Source of the DNA: an uncultured virus (IMG/VR IMGVR_UViG_3300049825_000444) | Lineage: Duplodnaviria; Heunggongvirae; Uroviricota; Caudoviricetes | Length of the DNA: 64,000 nucleotides | Reading direction: 5' to 3' (one strand) | Virus record (IMG/VR): IMGVR_UViG_3300049825_000444 | Shown here: piece by piece, positions 49,418 through 58,255 of the stretch | How positions within the stretch are numbered: the stretch's first letter is position 1 | How the letters are laid out: each line of letters begins with the position of its first letter | The notes under the pieces: generated by a model | Told to the model about the DNA's origin: nothing | The model's input: only the letters and a program-made list of their open reading frames with translations | The model's database searches: none | Program-made: the position numbers and the translations under genes

Positions 49418-49903
49418 TTACTTATCCTTATTTCTAGTAGCTATTTTAATTAAATCGTTTTTTGATAAATTAGTCGGTAGCTTGTTTGTTTCAATAACAG
49501 TGGCATCACCTTTAGCTAATCGCTTATTTTTAACTAATAAATCAAATCTTTTAACTTCATCTAGAGTCAAATCCCTAGTTCTTGAAATTTCTCTAATTTT
49601 TCTTAATTGAATCTCGGCAATAATTTCTTCATCACTGGGATCAATTTTTATAACTTCACCTTCAACTGGAATACTTTTAGAAAGTATTTGTTTTAAATGA
49701 GCTATTTCTTCTTCTTTTTGCTCTGATTGTTTTAAAAGTAAATCAATAGTTTTAGATAACCCATCACATTGTTCTTGCAATTTAAGAATTGTAACTTTAT
49801 CTGAATTCTCAATAACTTGTTTAGATAATTGAGAAATATCTAATACTTCCGATGACTTAGAAAACTCTTTTTCCTGGGCTAAAGCTTTTTTTCGGCTCAT
49901 CAT
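49418..49903 (-). CDS. Possible terminase small subunit
   Basis: Helical protein just upstream of TerL; positional inference. Confidence 0.4.
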   Translation of the reverse strand: MMSRKKALAQEKEFSKSSEVLDISQLSKQVIENSDKVTILKLQEQCDGLSKTIDLLLKQSEQKEEEIAHLKQILSKSIPVEGEVIKIDPSDEEIIAEIQLRKIREISRTRDLTLDEVKRFDLLVKNKRLAKGDATVIETNKLPTNLSKNDLIKIATRNKDK

Positions 49904-50159
49904 TTACCTTTTGTGTATTATACACTTGATTAATTTGTAATTTTTGTGCCAAGTTAGCAATGGCTTCAATTTTTTGTTCTAACTCAGCTCGGTCATCAAT
50001 TTTATTTTTAACCAACCATTTGTTGTAACCCATTGAAAGTACTAAAGCAATTACAGCAATAGCATCTCCAATACCAGCACCTAAAAATACAATTCGACAA
50101 AATAAAGCGAATAATGCCAGTTCTGACAAGTATTCCTTTAGTTCTACCAATTTATTCAT
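49857..50159 (-). CDS. Two-TM membrane protein
   Basis: AAGGAG SD before MNKLVEL; two hydrophobic segments. Confidence 0.6.
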   Translation of the reverse strand: MNKLVELKEYLSELALFALFCRIVFLGAGIGDAIAVIALVLSMGYNKWLVKNKIDDRAELEQKIEAIANLAQKLQINQVYNTQKVNDEPKKSFSPGKRVF

Positions 50160-50187
50160 TGACAAAACTCCTTATATTTAATATAAT
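50159..50187 (+). promoter_or_regulatory. sigma70 consensus promoter
   Basis: TTGACA-N17-TATAAT. Confidence 0.75.
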
Positions 50188-50309
50188 GACATTAAGAATT
50201 TAGTATATTTAGTGTTACAGCCTTATATTGGTTTTGAGCAACGCTCTTGGCTAATTACTGTAATACAAACTCTCTTATAATTAACTTGTTAATCGACGAT
50301 TTGGAACAA

Positions 50310-50528
50310 ATGAATAACGACACAGATTTACTACAATTAGAAGAGCAAATATTTGAAATCATTCAGGATTTGTATTATTTTTATTATCGTAATAATAAAG
50401 AAAAATATAAATTATGTCTTAATGTATTAGAGATTCTAACTTTAGATTATTATGAACAATCTAATTTATCTTGTGTACCAACTAAAGTTATGATAGATTT
50501 ATATTCAAAGCTATGGGAGTTTAAATAA
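50310..50528 (+). CDS. Hypothetical protein
   Basis: Likely ATG start at 50310. Confidence 0.5.
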   Translation: MNNDTDLLQLEEQIFEIIQDLYYFYYRNNKEKYKLCLNVLEILTLDYYEQSNLSCVPTKVMIDLYSKLWEFK

Positions 50529-50529
50529 A

Positions 50530-51909
50530 ATGTTTAATACTTTAAGCGTTAAGTATGCGGAATTCCTAATGAAATTACCTATTTTGGATTCATGGAAAAG
50601 AAATAGATTAGTTCTTCATTGGATTACATTACCACTAAAACTATTAGTTATTGGTGGACTAGGTTATTATCAAATTGTGAAAAATTATTTAATAGCCAAA
50701 AAAAGAAAACCAGTAACTACAGAAAGACCTTTATTTAAAGCTAGAACAATTCTTGATGTACTACAGAAGTTACCAGTCCTAAAAGCTCCTAATTTTCATT
50801 TATACACACCCAGAGTGCCATTTGGTGAAGTTCCAAATAAATATAACCATAATACAGATCATCAATGTGCTAGACATGGAACTTATGCTTTTTTAATGCA
50901 TAAACTAGGACTTCATAATCAAGCTATTGATCAGGCAACTATGATGCATATCCAGAATCCTTTCTTATGTCGGGGATATAGTTGGAATTATTACGAAAAT
51001 GACACAATGAATCTAAATATTAGAACCGTATCTGGAGATATGCTTTGTGGTTTAAATTTAGCTGCTCTTGTAACGGATGATGCTTTATTTCAAGAAAAAT
51101 ATGAACAATTAGTCTTAAATATCATTGATAATGACTACTCCCTACTGGAAGGTGCTTCCCCTGGAAAAGGAGAGCCTGGAGATGCGTTATATGATGAACA
51201 GCTCAAACGTAATGCATTTAGGCCCGAAGCTGTAAGGCTTAAGTCCCTTCGAGGAATGTGGCAACCAGGGGTAGAAACTGTTGGTGCTCAGGCTTTAACT
51301 ATTTTAGCAACATTAAAGCTTTCACATAAAAGATTTGGTTCTAGGGATGCCGGAGAACACTACACTTATTTGTTTAAAAAATGTGGTTATGGATTATTGT
51401 CGTTATTCCCAACAGCTTATATTGACTCTAAGCGAGGATATTTTAATGACCATAACTGTATGATTTCGTTATACATTTTAAATAAATTAGCGGAAACTTC
51501 CTTTGAAAAGTGGGTTTATAGAAAAGCAATGAAATATGTTTGGTTGTTATCTAAACATTGGTATAACGCTTATTTTACTGGACTATTAAAAGAAGTATAC
51601 CCCGAAGCTGTTAGTGATGATTATATTAAAAAATGTCAAGAATATGTTTACGAAAATGATGAAATTCGTTTATTTGGATACAGAGATAGTAATAAAATTA
51701 AAATCCCTGAAGTTCCTGTAAATTATAACTATATGGAAGAAGATGAGTTTAGTCCTGATGTTGATAAAAGTTATCAAAATATGAATTATTCTTCTGAAAT
51801 GCAACTATATAGAACTGGACTTGGATGGTTAGCTGATGCTATAATGATTGAAACGGATAAGAGCGTACTAGAAACTGTTAAAATTTTAAAAGAAACAAGT
51901 GAGACATAA
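50530..51909 (+). CDS. Large hypothetical protein, helical and aromatic-rich, with possible N-terminal TM
   Basis: 459 aa; no family recognised. Confidence 0.65.
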   Translation: MFNTLSVKYAEFLMKLPILDSWKRNRLVLHWITLPLKLLVIGGLGYYQIVKNYLIAKKRKPVTTERPLFKARTILDVLQKLPVLKAPNFHLYTPRVPFGEVPNKYNHNTDHQCARHGTYAFLMHKLGLHNQAIDQATMMHIQNPFLCRGYSWNYYENDTMNLNIRTVSGDMLCGLNLAALVTDDALFQEKYEQLVLNIIDNDYSLLEGASPGKGEPGDALYDEQLKRNAFRPEAVRLKSLRGMWQPGVETVGAQALTILATLKLSHKRFGSRDAGEHYTYLFKKCGYGLLSLFPTAYIDSKRGYFNDHNCMISLYILNKLAETSFEKWVYRKAMKYVWLLSKHWYNAYFTGLLKEVYPEAVSDDYIKKCQEYVYENDEIRLFGYRDSNKIKIPEVPVNYNYMEEDEFSPDVDKSYQNMNYSSEMQLYRTGLGWLADAIMIETDKSVLETVKILKETSET

Positions 51910-52182
51910 TTGCTTTATTTAAAACATTTAATTGTAATATTTAGTTTAATTGTCTTATTTACATCAATTAGTAAAGCTGACAATCCTATTGACGATTTAC
52001 ATTACAAGGAAGCTCAACGTAAAATTTTAGAAGCTTTATATATTGAAACTGGATTAGAATCAGATGTTCAAAAAACTATTCAATATGTTTCTGAGAATTA
52101 TTCTAATAGATTTATAGAATTTGCTATGCCAATTGTCAATATCGCTTTTAAAAAAAGAATAGAGGTTAGATATGAATTCTAA
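51910..52182 (+). CDS. Exported hypothetical protein
   Basis: Signal peptide ending SKA; C-terminal VRYEF. Confidence 0.55.
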   Translation: MLYLKHLIVIFSLIVLFTSISKADNPIDDLHYKEAQRKILEALYIETGLESDVQKTIQYVSENYSNRFIEFAMPIVNIAFKKRIEVRYEF

Positions 52183-52408
52183 TGTTAAAATTGTTATTGA
52201 GTATATTGATGGTGGTAGAGCCACTTGGACGGCTAATGAAAGTGAATTTTTTGCTATGTTAAAACATGATGAAGATTTATGGTTTGAAAATGACTATGTT
52301 GAAGGTTTTAATAAAAATCATGAAGTTGTTGATTTAAAATTAAATAAGTTGACTAATAAAATAGAATCTGTTAAATTTGTTCAAAGGGATAGGTACAACA
52401 AATGGTAA
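52172..52408 (+). CDS. Hypothetical protein
   Basis: GAGG SD. Confidence 0.55.
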   Translation: MNSNVKIVIEYIDGGRATWTANESEFFAMLKHDEDLWFENDYVEGFNKNHEVVDLKLNKLTNKIESVKFVQRDRYNKW

Positions 52409-52647
52409 CAAAAAAACAACAAGATTTAATAAATGAACTTCAAAGTATTTGTGAAGAATTGGGTTGGGTAATTGCTATTAACGAAACAGGTTCCCCAGGA
52501 TTTATTGCTGGTGATACTGAATTTGTTGTAAGCGTTTTAGAAATTCTTCAAAGTGCAACTGGGGAAGAATTTGAAGTTTATACTAAAGATATTATTGATG
52601 AAGGATTAACTGAAGTAACACCTAAATCAAAGAAAACTTTTCACTAA
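52402..52647 (+). CDS. Hypothetical protein
   Basis: Overlapping ORF. Confidence 0.55.
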   Translation: MVTKKQQDLINELQSICEELGWVIAINETGSPGFIAGDTEFVVSVLEILQSATGEEFEVYTKDIIDEGLTEVTPKSKKTFH

Positions 52648-52892
52648 TGATGTTTTATTTTTTAATTGTATTAATAATACTTTTTATTCTATCACAAAAA
52701 GGAGATAAGTGTAATCATGTCTGGGAAATTAAGCAAGTTCAAATCTTTGAAAAAACAAAAGGTAAAGACACTTTCATCTGTAAAAAATGCGGAAAAGAAA
52801 AAAGTCAAATATACAGTTAAAAGTGATTTTATGGATTTAATGACTGAAGATGTTTGGGATTATATGAATGAATTTGATGTTAAGGAGTTAAA

Positions 52893-53132
52893 ATGAAAAC
52901 AAATCCAAATGAACCAATAAATATAGATGGTAAAGGTTTTTGGAACGACGAAATGAATAAAACTCATGGTGGTGTTGGTCTTACAAAACGAGAGTATTTT
53001 GCTGGATTAGCAATGCAAGGTTTGTCGGCATGGGGTAATGAAAATGTTGTAGTACCATTAAAAGATATTGCAGAACTTTCTGTAAAATATGCAGATACTT
53101 TAATTGAAGAACTTAATAAAGGTCAAAAATGA
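52893..53132 (+). CDS. Conserved phage hypothetical protein
   Basis: GLTKREYFAGLAMQGL...ADTLIEEL motif; AAGGAG SD. Confidence 0.75.
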   Translation: MKTNPNEPINIDGKGFWNDEMNKTHGGVGLTKREYFAGLAMQGLSAWGNENVVVPLKDIAELSVKYADTLIEELNKGQK

Positions 53133-53809
53133 CCCACACCACTAGAACCATGAGCGAGATTAGAGATGAGAAAGCAGAAGAGTACTGCAATAAAATTGAC
53201 AACAACGTGGCTGAGTATTTCAAAGCAGGATTCGATTGCCGTGACAAGCTGGACAATGAAAATGTGACTTATGAGACCGATAAACTTCAAAAAGATGCAC
53301 AAGATTTTATAAATAAATTTAGAATAAAAATGAAAGATATTTCAGAAGAAATCCTTGGTGAAATATATGTCAACGTAGGCCCATATGTTGAAACGGATCA
53401 ATGGACTAATTATCGAGAGTCGTTGCGATTAGAATTAGAACGTGAATATAAATTTTCAACTTTTAAAAAAGAATGGGCTACTAATTTTCGTCGAGTAGTA
53501 TTTGTAGAAAACAGGGAAGAAATATCTAAATTAATTTCTGATGACATTTTGAAAATGATAAAACATCTTGAGGATTGCAAGCAAGAGTTTGAACAATTTA
53601 GATACACCCCGCTCGGTGACACATACCAGGACCTAAAAAAGAAAAACACACAGACCAATGAAGCGTTGAAAGTGGCGGTCGAGGCTTTGGAATGGATTGA
53701 AGCGGGGCTTGGTGGAATGTTTATGGATAATGAAGACTCAGATAAAATGATCTATGAGAAAAGTGAAAAAGCACTCGCCAAGATTAAAGAATTAACAGGT
53801 AAAGAATGA
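53129..53809 (+). CDS. Hypothetical protein
   Basis: ATGA-coupled ORF. Confidence 0.6.
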   Translation: MTHTTRTMSEIRDEKAEEYCNKIDNNVAEYFKAGFDCRDKLDNENVTYETDKLQKDAQDFINKFRIKMKDISEEILGEIYVNVGPYVETDQWTNYRESLRLELEREYKFSTFKKEWATNFRRVVFVENREEISKLISDDILKMIKHLEDCKQEFEQFRYTPLGDTYQDLKKKNTQTNEALKVAVEALEWIEAGLGGMFMDNEDSDKMIYEKSEKALAKIKELTGKE

Positions 53810-53997
53810 AACAATTTATAGCATATTTAACTGCAATTTTATTCACAATAGTTTTGTCTATGACTATTACAACAATTTTATACAACTATTTTCAAGTACC
53901 AGATTTGGTGTGTTCTATCGTAGGATTTTTATTAGGCTGGAATATGCCTAAATTTGTTATAAAACAGCTTTTACCAGAAGATAAAGAACAACAATAA
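53806..53997 (+). CDS. Small membrane protein
   Basis: Two hydrophobic segments. Confidence 0.55.
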   Translation: MKQFIAYLTAILFTIVLSMTITTILYNYFQVPDLVCSIVGFLLGWNMPKFVIKQLLPEDKEQQ

Positions 53998-54099
53998 ATT
54001 CTAATATCTGGATATACTTCCAGATTTTATTTCTAAGATTTTGTCTTCTTTTTTGTTTAAAAAGTTCTTCTTTATTTACAACTTGAGATAATTTAGCCA

Positions 54100-54498
54100 T
54101 TATTTTAAGCTTTGTTTTAAATTTTGAAACCTAGAAGGTAATACAGGTTTTTTCTCTTCCTCACCAAAAAATTCGTTGTAAGAATCATCCATATCCTGTT
54201 GAGATGGAGCTTGTGGTAAAACAGATTGTGGTTTTCTATATTGATCCATAACAGCATTAGCTTTTTGACGATCAGATTCTTTAGATACAAATTCTTGAGG
54301 AATTTCTTTCACTAAACCCTTTGGAGCTAATCTTCCACCTTGGATTTGTTGTTTAACAAAATCCAGAGTTGGATCAGATTGTCCATTACTAGGATTTAAA
54401 TTACGATATTCATCCAGCTCTTGCTTATTCATCTTGTCCGATTGAAGTATTTTGATATATTCAGCAACTTGTTCTGGAGTCATTTTACCTTGTGGCAT
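54100..54498 (-). CDS. Late hypothetical protein (possibly virion-internal)
   Basis: Late motif and GAGG SD upstream. Confidence 0.6.
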   Translation of the reverse strand: MPQGKMTPEQVAEYIKILQSDKMNKQELDEYRNLNPSNGQSDPTLDFVKQQIQGGRLAPKGLVKEIPQEFVSKESDRQKANAVMDQYRKPQSVLPQAPSQQDMDDSYNEFFGEEEKKPVLPSRFQNLKQSLK

Positions 54499-54510
54499 AG
54501 TCTAAACCTC

Positions 54511-54525
54511 TAATATTACTTGTTA
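54511..54525 (-). promoter_or_regulatory. Putative phage late promoter motif
   Basis: TAACAAGTAATATTA followed by GAGG. Confidence 0.65.
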
Positions 54526-55040
54526 AGTAGGTTAATTCTGTCATAAATACTGTCTAAATACTCCATGGTTTTATCCATGTCAGACGGGGTATATGTATCT
54601 AAATTTTCAGGGAATTCATCAAATCCAACAATCTTACAAATCCTGCTTCCCCATTCAGAACAGATAAATTCCATAGTTTTATCAAAATCTTTAACTGTTT
54701 TTAAATGTAAAAGTTTTTTAACACCTATCATTAAAATTTGTAATTTAGAATATTTTGCTCCTAAATATTTTTTAATAAATTTCATCATTTCCATATATTG
54801 TTCTTCAGAACATTCAATTTGATATTCTTTTACAACAATATTTTCTTTTTTAAATATTTCAAAGTTAGTTTCATTTACAAAACCATGAGATGCTTGTGAA
54901 ATAATTTGTTCACTAGTCAAACAGTCGGTATAACGAATATACACATGTGAAAAATTTCTTTTTTCTACTTCCTGAATTACTGTGCTACCAATTTTATACC
55001 AAGCTACTGATCTAGAAAATCCTACGATAAATGTTTTCAT
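54516..55040 (-). CDS. Permuted papain-like (YaeF/YiiX, NlpC/P60) enzyme
   Basis: FSHVYI before G.KY and FICSE, then TP.D. Confidence 0.75.
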   Translation of the reverse strand: MKTFIVGFSRSVAWYKIGSTVIQEVEKRNFSHVYIRYTDCLTSEQIISQASHGFVNETNFEIFKKENIVVKEYQIECSEEQYMEMMKFIKKYLGAKYSKLQILMIGVKKLLHLKTVKDFDKTMEFICSEWGSRICKIVGFDEFPENLDTYTPSDMDKTMEYLDSIYDRINLLNK

Positions 55041-55348
55041 AATTTACTTAATGCCTCTATTAGTTTATTTTTAAATTCATGTTTTCTTGTTTTAGTTAAA
55101 AAAGGTGACATTTGTGCTGTAATTTCAACTTTTTCAATTTCTTTATAAGCTTCAATTAATGATCCATTATTTCCATGCTCAATAACTTTTTCTAAAGCAT
55201 CTGAAATAAGTTTAGTTTTTCCTGATTGAGTAATACCCATAATCACATTTTCACCAGCAAATTCATTAACAATCTGTTGAAACAACTGTTTGGATTGTTC
55301 AACTTTTTGCATACCTATTTTTTTTAAATAATCAGGAATTTGTGGCAT
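55037..55348 (-). CDS. Hypothetical protein (possible tail assembly)
   Basis: Follows the spike genes. Confidence 0.55.
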   Translation of the reverse strand: MPQIPDYLKKIGMQKVEQSKQLFQQIVNEFAGENVIMGITQSGKTKLISDALEKVIEHGNNGSLIEAYKEIEKVEITAQMSPFLTKTRKHEFKNKLIEALSKL

Positions 55349-55350
55349 AA

Positions 55351-55545
55351 TTACTCGTCAAATAAAAGAAAAAATTTACCAGTATCGTTATTTCCTTTTG
55401 GGAATAAACATAATGCCGGAGCACCATCGGACCAATATTTCTCATCACCAGTGTCTAATAATAAAGAAGTTTTAATTCCAACAAATGGAGCACCATCTAC
55501 CCACATATCTTCTTCATTTCTATTACCTGTTTGTGGATTTGCCAT
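55351..55545 (-). CDS. Small tail-associated protein
   Basis: W.DGAP repeated twice; coupled ORF. Confidence 0.55.
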   Translation of the reverse strand: MANPQTGNRNEEDMWVDGAPFVGIKTSLLLDTGDEKYWSDGAPALCLFPKGNNDTGKFFLLFDE

Positions 55546-58013
55546 TATATTACCTCAACTGCCCATCTGTCGATATTTACCCAACCAGTAGTTCCATCAC
55601 AATCAATATAAAATTTTAATACGGTATCATCTGTAACTGTTGTTGTTGTTCCAAAATTATATTCAAAAGCACCATTAGCAACATTTGTTGCTGTTGCTAT
55701 AACAGTATCACTAGCTATACCAGCAGCAGGGTCAGCCACTAATAGAAGTCTTGGTTGTGCTCCATTGTAAGCAGTACCATCACCAACTACAGATTTTCTG
55801 ATATATACAGAAATTTTAACAGCTTTACCAGAAGGAACAGCAACTTTCTTTTCTTGAGTAGTTAATTTATTTGTTGCATTATTTGGTGTAAGTCTTTGTG
55901 AAGGAGCTTGTGTAACAAAAAATGTAGTGTCACTTGTAATTGTTCCAAATTTTTTCCACATTCTATGAGAACCGACAGTTTGATCATGTCTAGATGATCC
56001 AATACCAATATTAGGTAATAAATTTGTTTGAACTGAAGCTTCTGTTGTGGAATTAAATAAACAATTTCTAAAAATCACATCATTATATGATCTATTGGAT
56101 GTTACTTGAAAATCTCCAGTGGCATGAGTAGTTGTTGCACCAAAACTTCCATTATCAATATATATACCAGCATTACTAGCAACTAATCCAACACCAATTG
56201 GTTGTAAAAGTATTGTTCCAGCATTTAAAGTCGGACTAATCACTCTACCACTAAAACAACTGGATAATTCTAATCCATTAGTTACGTTACCAAATGATGA
56301 AAGCGTATTAATAATAAAATTAGAACTACTTGATAGAAATAAACCTCTAGTGTTATTTCTCCAAGTTATAAGATTTGAAAAAGTGACTGGAGTTGTACTT
56401 GTTGAATTATTAGTTATTACTATCCCAGCAACTGCATTTGAATGTGCTGTTATATTATTAACAGTTAATCCAGAACAATCTGACGCAGCAAATGCAATTC
56501 CATTGCTGGTAGAACTAACGGCAACTAATCCATTGAAGGTTCCACCAACAGAACCTATTTGAATTATTGGTTGAGCTGCCGTAAGATTGGTTATTGCCCA
56601 ACAATTAGTAAAACTAGGTGATAAAGTTACATTTCCGGCAGTATTAATAGCATTATTTGCAATACGATAGAATACACAGTCACTAACAGTAGTATTAGTG
56701 ATTGTTGATGGAACATTTATTGACATACTTCCACTTACTTCGAAATTTCTAAAAGAACATCCAGTAATTGAACAACTTCCCACAGTAATTTGTATATCTA
56801 AACCTCTGAGATTAGCAGTACCACTACCCATAAAAAAGAATTCGGTGTAGTTTAAATTAATTATTGCATTTGATGTAAATTGCATTGAAGTTTGTAATGT
56901 TGTAGACTGCCCAGAAACTTTAACATTTCTAGTTAAATTAATTAATTCTGCTCTAATAGGATTAGTTCCGGAATGTGCACTAGTTAATGCCGAAATGCTT
57001 ACAGTAGTTCCGGAAGCATTAGCTGTTAATGTTTTATTTTCACTTTCAGCGATAGTTCTAGTTGTGGAAGCTAGTGCTACGTTATCACCATTTAACCAGC
57101 CAGTTGAAATATCTGTAGTAATTGATGTTGCTGATGCTGAAGCATCTGCTGCTAAATATGCTCTACCAGTTTTTGTTGCACCAAATGTTGTAAATGTTCC
57201 ATTAGTTCCAGTTCTCACTGCAATTTGAAATTGTACGTTAGATGTAACAATAACCTCTAAAGTTGCTGTACTTGAAGCTGGCATAGGAGTAACAGAATCT
57301 CCTATAATTAAACTACTATTTTCTGTTAAAAATATATGACCAGCAATTCTTAATAGGTAATTAGTAGATACTGATGTTGCGTATTTAACGATAGATTTTG
57401 TTGCAATTTCTAAACCTATAGCACCTGTAGTTGCCGGACCAAAAGATGTTGATGAAGTATTATCCATAGTAACGGTATAAGTATTATTTACACCAGCACT
57501 AATAAAATCTCCACAAGTAATTAATTGATCTGTTGCTGCTGGAGCTTGATTTGTTGTTGTTCTTAAAAAGAAAGTCCAATCTGAAGCAGTTGCTGATTGT
57601 CGATTTAAAGTAACTTGTCCTGCTGTACTACTTTGAACTTGAACTGTATAAGCAGTTGCCCCCAACAATGTAATGGGTATTGTAAATTTAAAAAATGTCC
57701 AAGTTGGTCCAATAACGGGAAGATCGCTAACATTTACGGTTACAGTTGTTCCAACTACAGGAACTCCAGTAATCGCAAGTCGTACTGACATAGTACCAGT
57801 TGGTGAAGCCGATCTACTAGATATTTTTAATCCAATGCCATCTACGGTAATTGCACCAGGAGTAAATGCTACATTTGAAGTAAATGTAACAGCACTAGCA
57901 TTAACACCAGTTTCTTGTGTTGCAAATAAAGGTTGAAAATTAGTAGGATTAATTAAAGACCAAGTTCCTGCTGTTGTAAAATTTCCTGAAGAATTATTAA
58001 CTAAAACTGCCAT
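55545..58013 (-). CDS. Tail spike with G8-like and parallel beta-helix regions
   Basis: H......RAELINLTRNVKV followed by N/S/T-rich beta-helix repeats. Confidence 0.7.
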   Translation of the reverse strand: MAVLVNNSSGNFTTAGTWSLINPTNFQPLFATQETGVNASAVTFTSNVAFTPGAITVDGIGLKISSRSASPTGTMSVRLAITGVPVVGTTVTVNVSDLPVIGPTWTFFKFTIPITLLGATAYTVQVQSSTAGQVTLNRQSATASDWTFFLRTTTNQAPAATDQLITCGDFISAGVNNTYTVTMDNTSSTSFGPATTGAIGLEIATKSIVKYATSVSTNYLLRIAGHIFLTENSSLIIGDSVTPMPASSTATLEVIVTSNVQFQIAVRTGTNGTFTTFGATKTGRAYLAADASASATSITTDISTGWLNGDNVALASTTRTIAESENKTLTANASGTTVSISALTSAHSGTNPIRAELINLTRNVKVSGQSTTLQTSMQFTSNAIINLNYTEFFFMGSGTANLRGLDIQITVGSCSITGCSFRNFEVSGSMSINVPSTITNTTVSDCVFYRIANNAINTAGNVTLSPSFTNCWAITNLTAAQPIIQIGSVGGTFNGLVAVSSTSNGIAFAASDCSGLTVNNITAHSNAVAGIVITNNSTSTTPVTFSNLITWRNNTRGLFLSSSSNFIINTLSSFGNVTNGLELSSCFSGRVISPTLNAGTILLQPIGVGLVASNAGIYIDNGSFGATTTHATGDFQVTSNRSYNDVIFRNCLFNSTTEASVQTNLLPNIGIGSSRHDQTVGSHRMWKKFGTITSDTTFFVTQAPSQRLTPNNATNKLTTQEKKVAVPSGKAVKISVYIRKSVVGDGTAYNGAQPRLLLVADPAAGIASDTVIATATNVANGAFEYNFGTTTTVTDDTVLKFYIDCDGTTGWVNIDRWAVEVI

Positions 58014-58252
58014 TATTCTTCCGTTTCTGGTTGAATTTCTTCAACTTGTTCTAAAATAACTTCATTTTCTATTCTATCAATTTCTTTTTTAGCTTCAGTT
58101 CTTAAAAATTCTTTATCTATTAATTTACTATCAATTTTAAAAGATTTTTCAATTCTATATTCTAATTTAGTTTCGCTATTTTCTATAAGAAGAGTGAACC
58201 AAACTTTACCTTCTTCATCATGTCTATTTATATATCTATAATCAAAAGCCAT
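58013..58252 (-). CDS. Small tail-associated protein
   Basis: Coupled between the fibre and spike genes. Confidence 0.55.
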   Translation of the reverse strand: MAFDYRYINRHDEEGKVWFTLLIENSETKLEYRIEKSFKIDSKLIDKEFLRTEAKKEIDRIENEVILEQVEEIQPETEE

Positions 58253-58255
58253 AAT

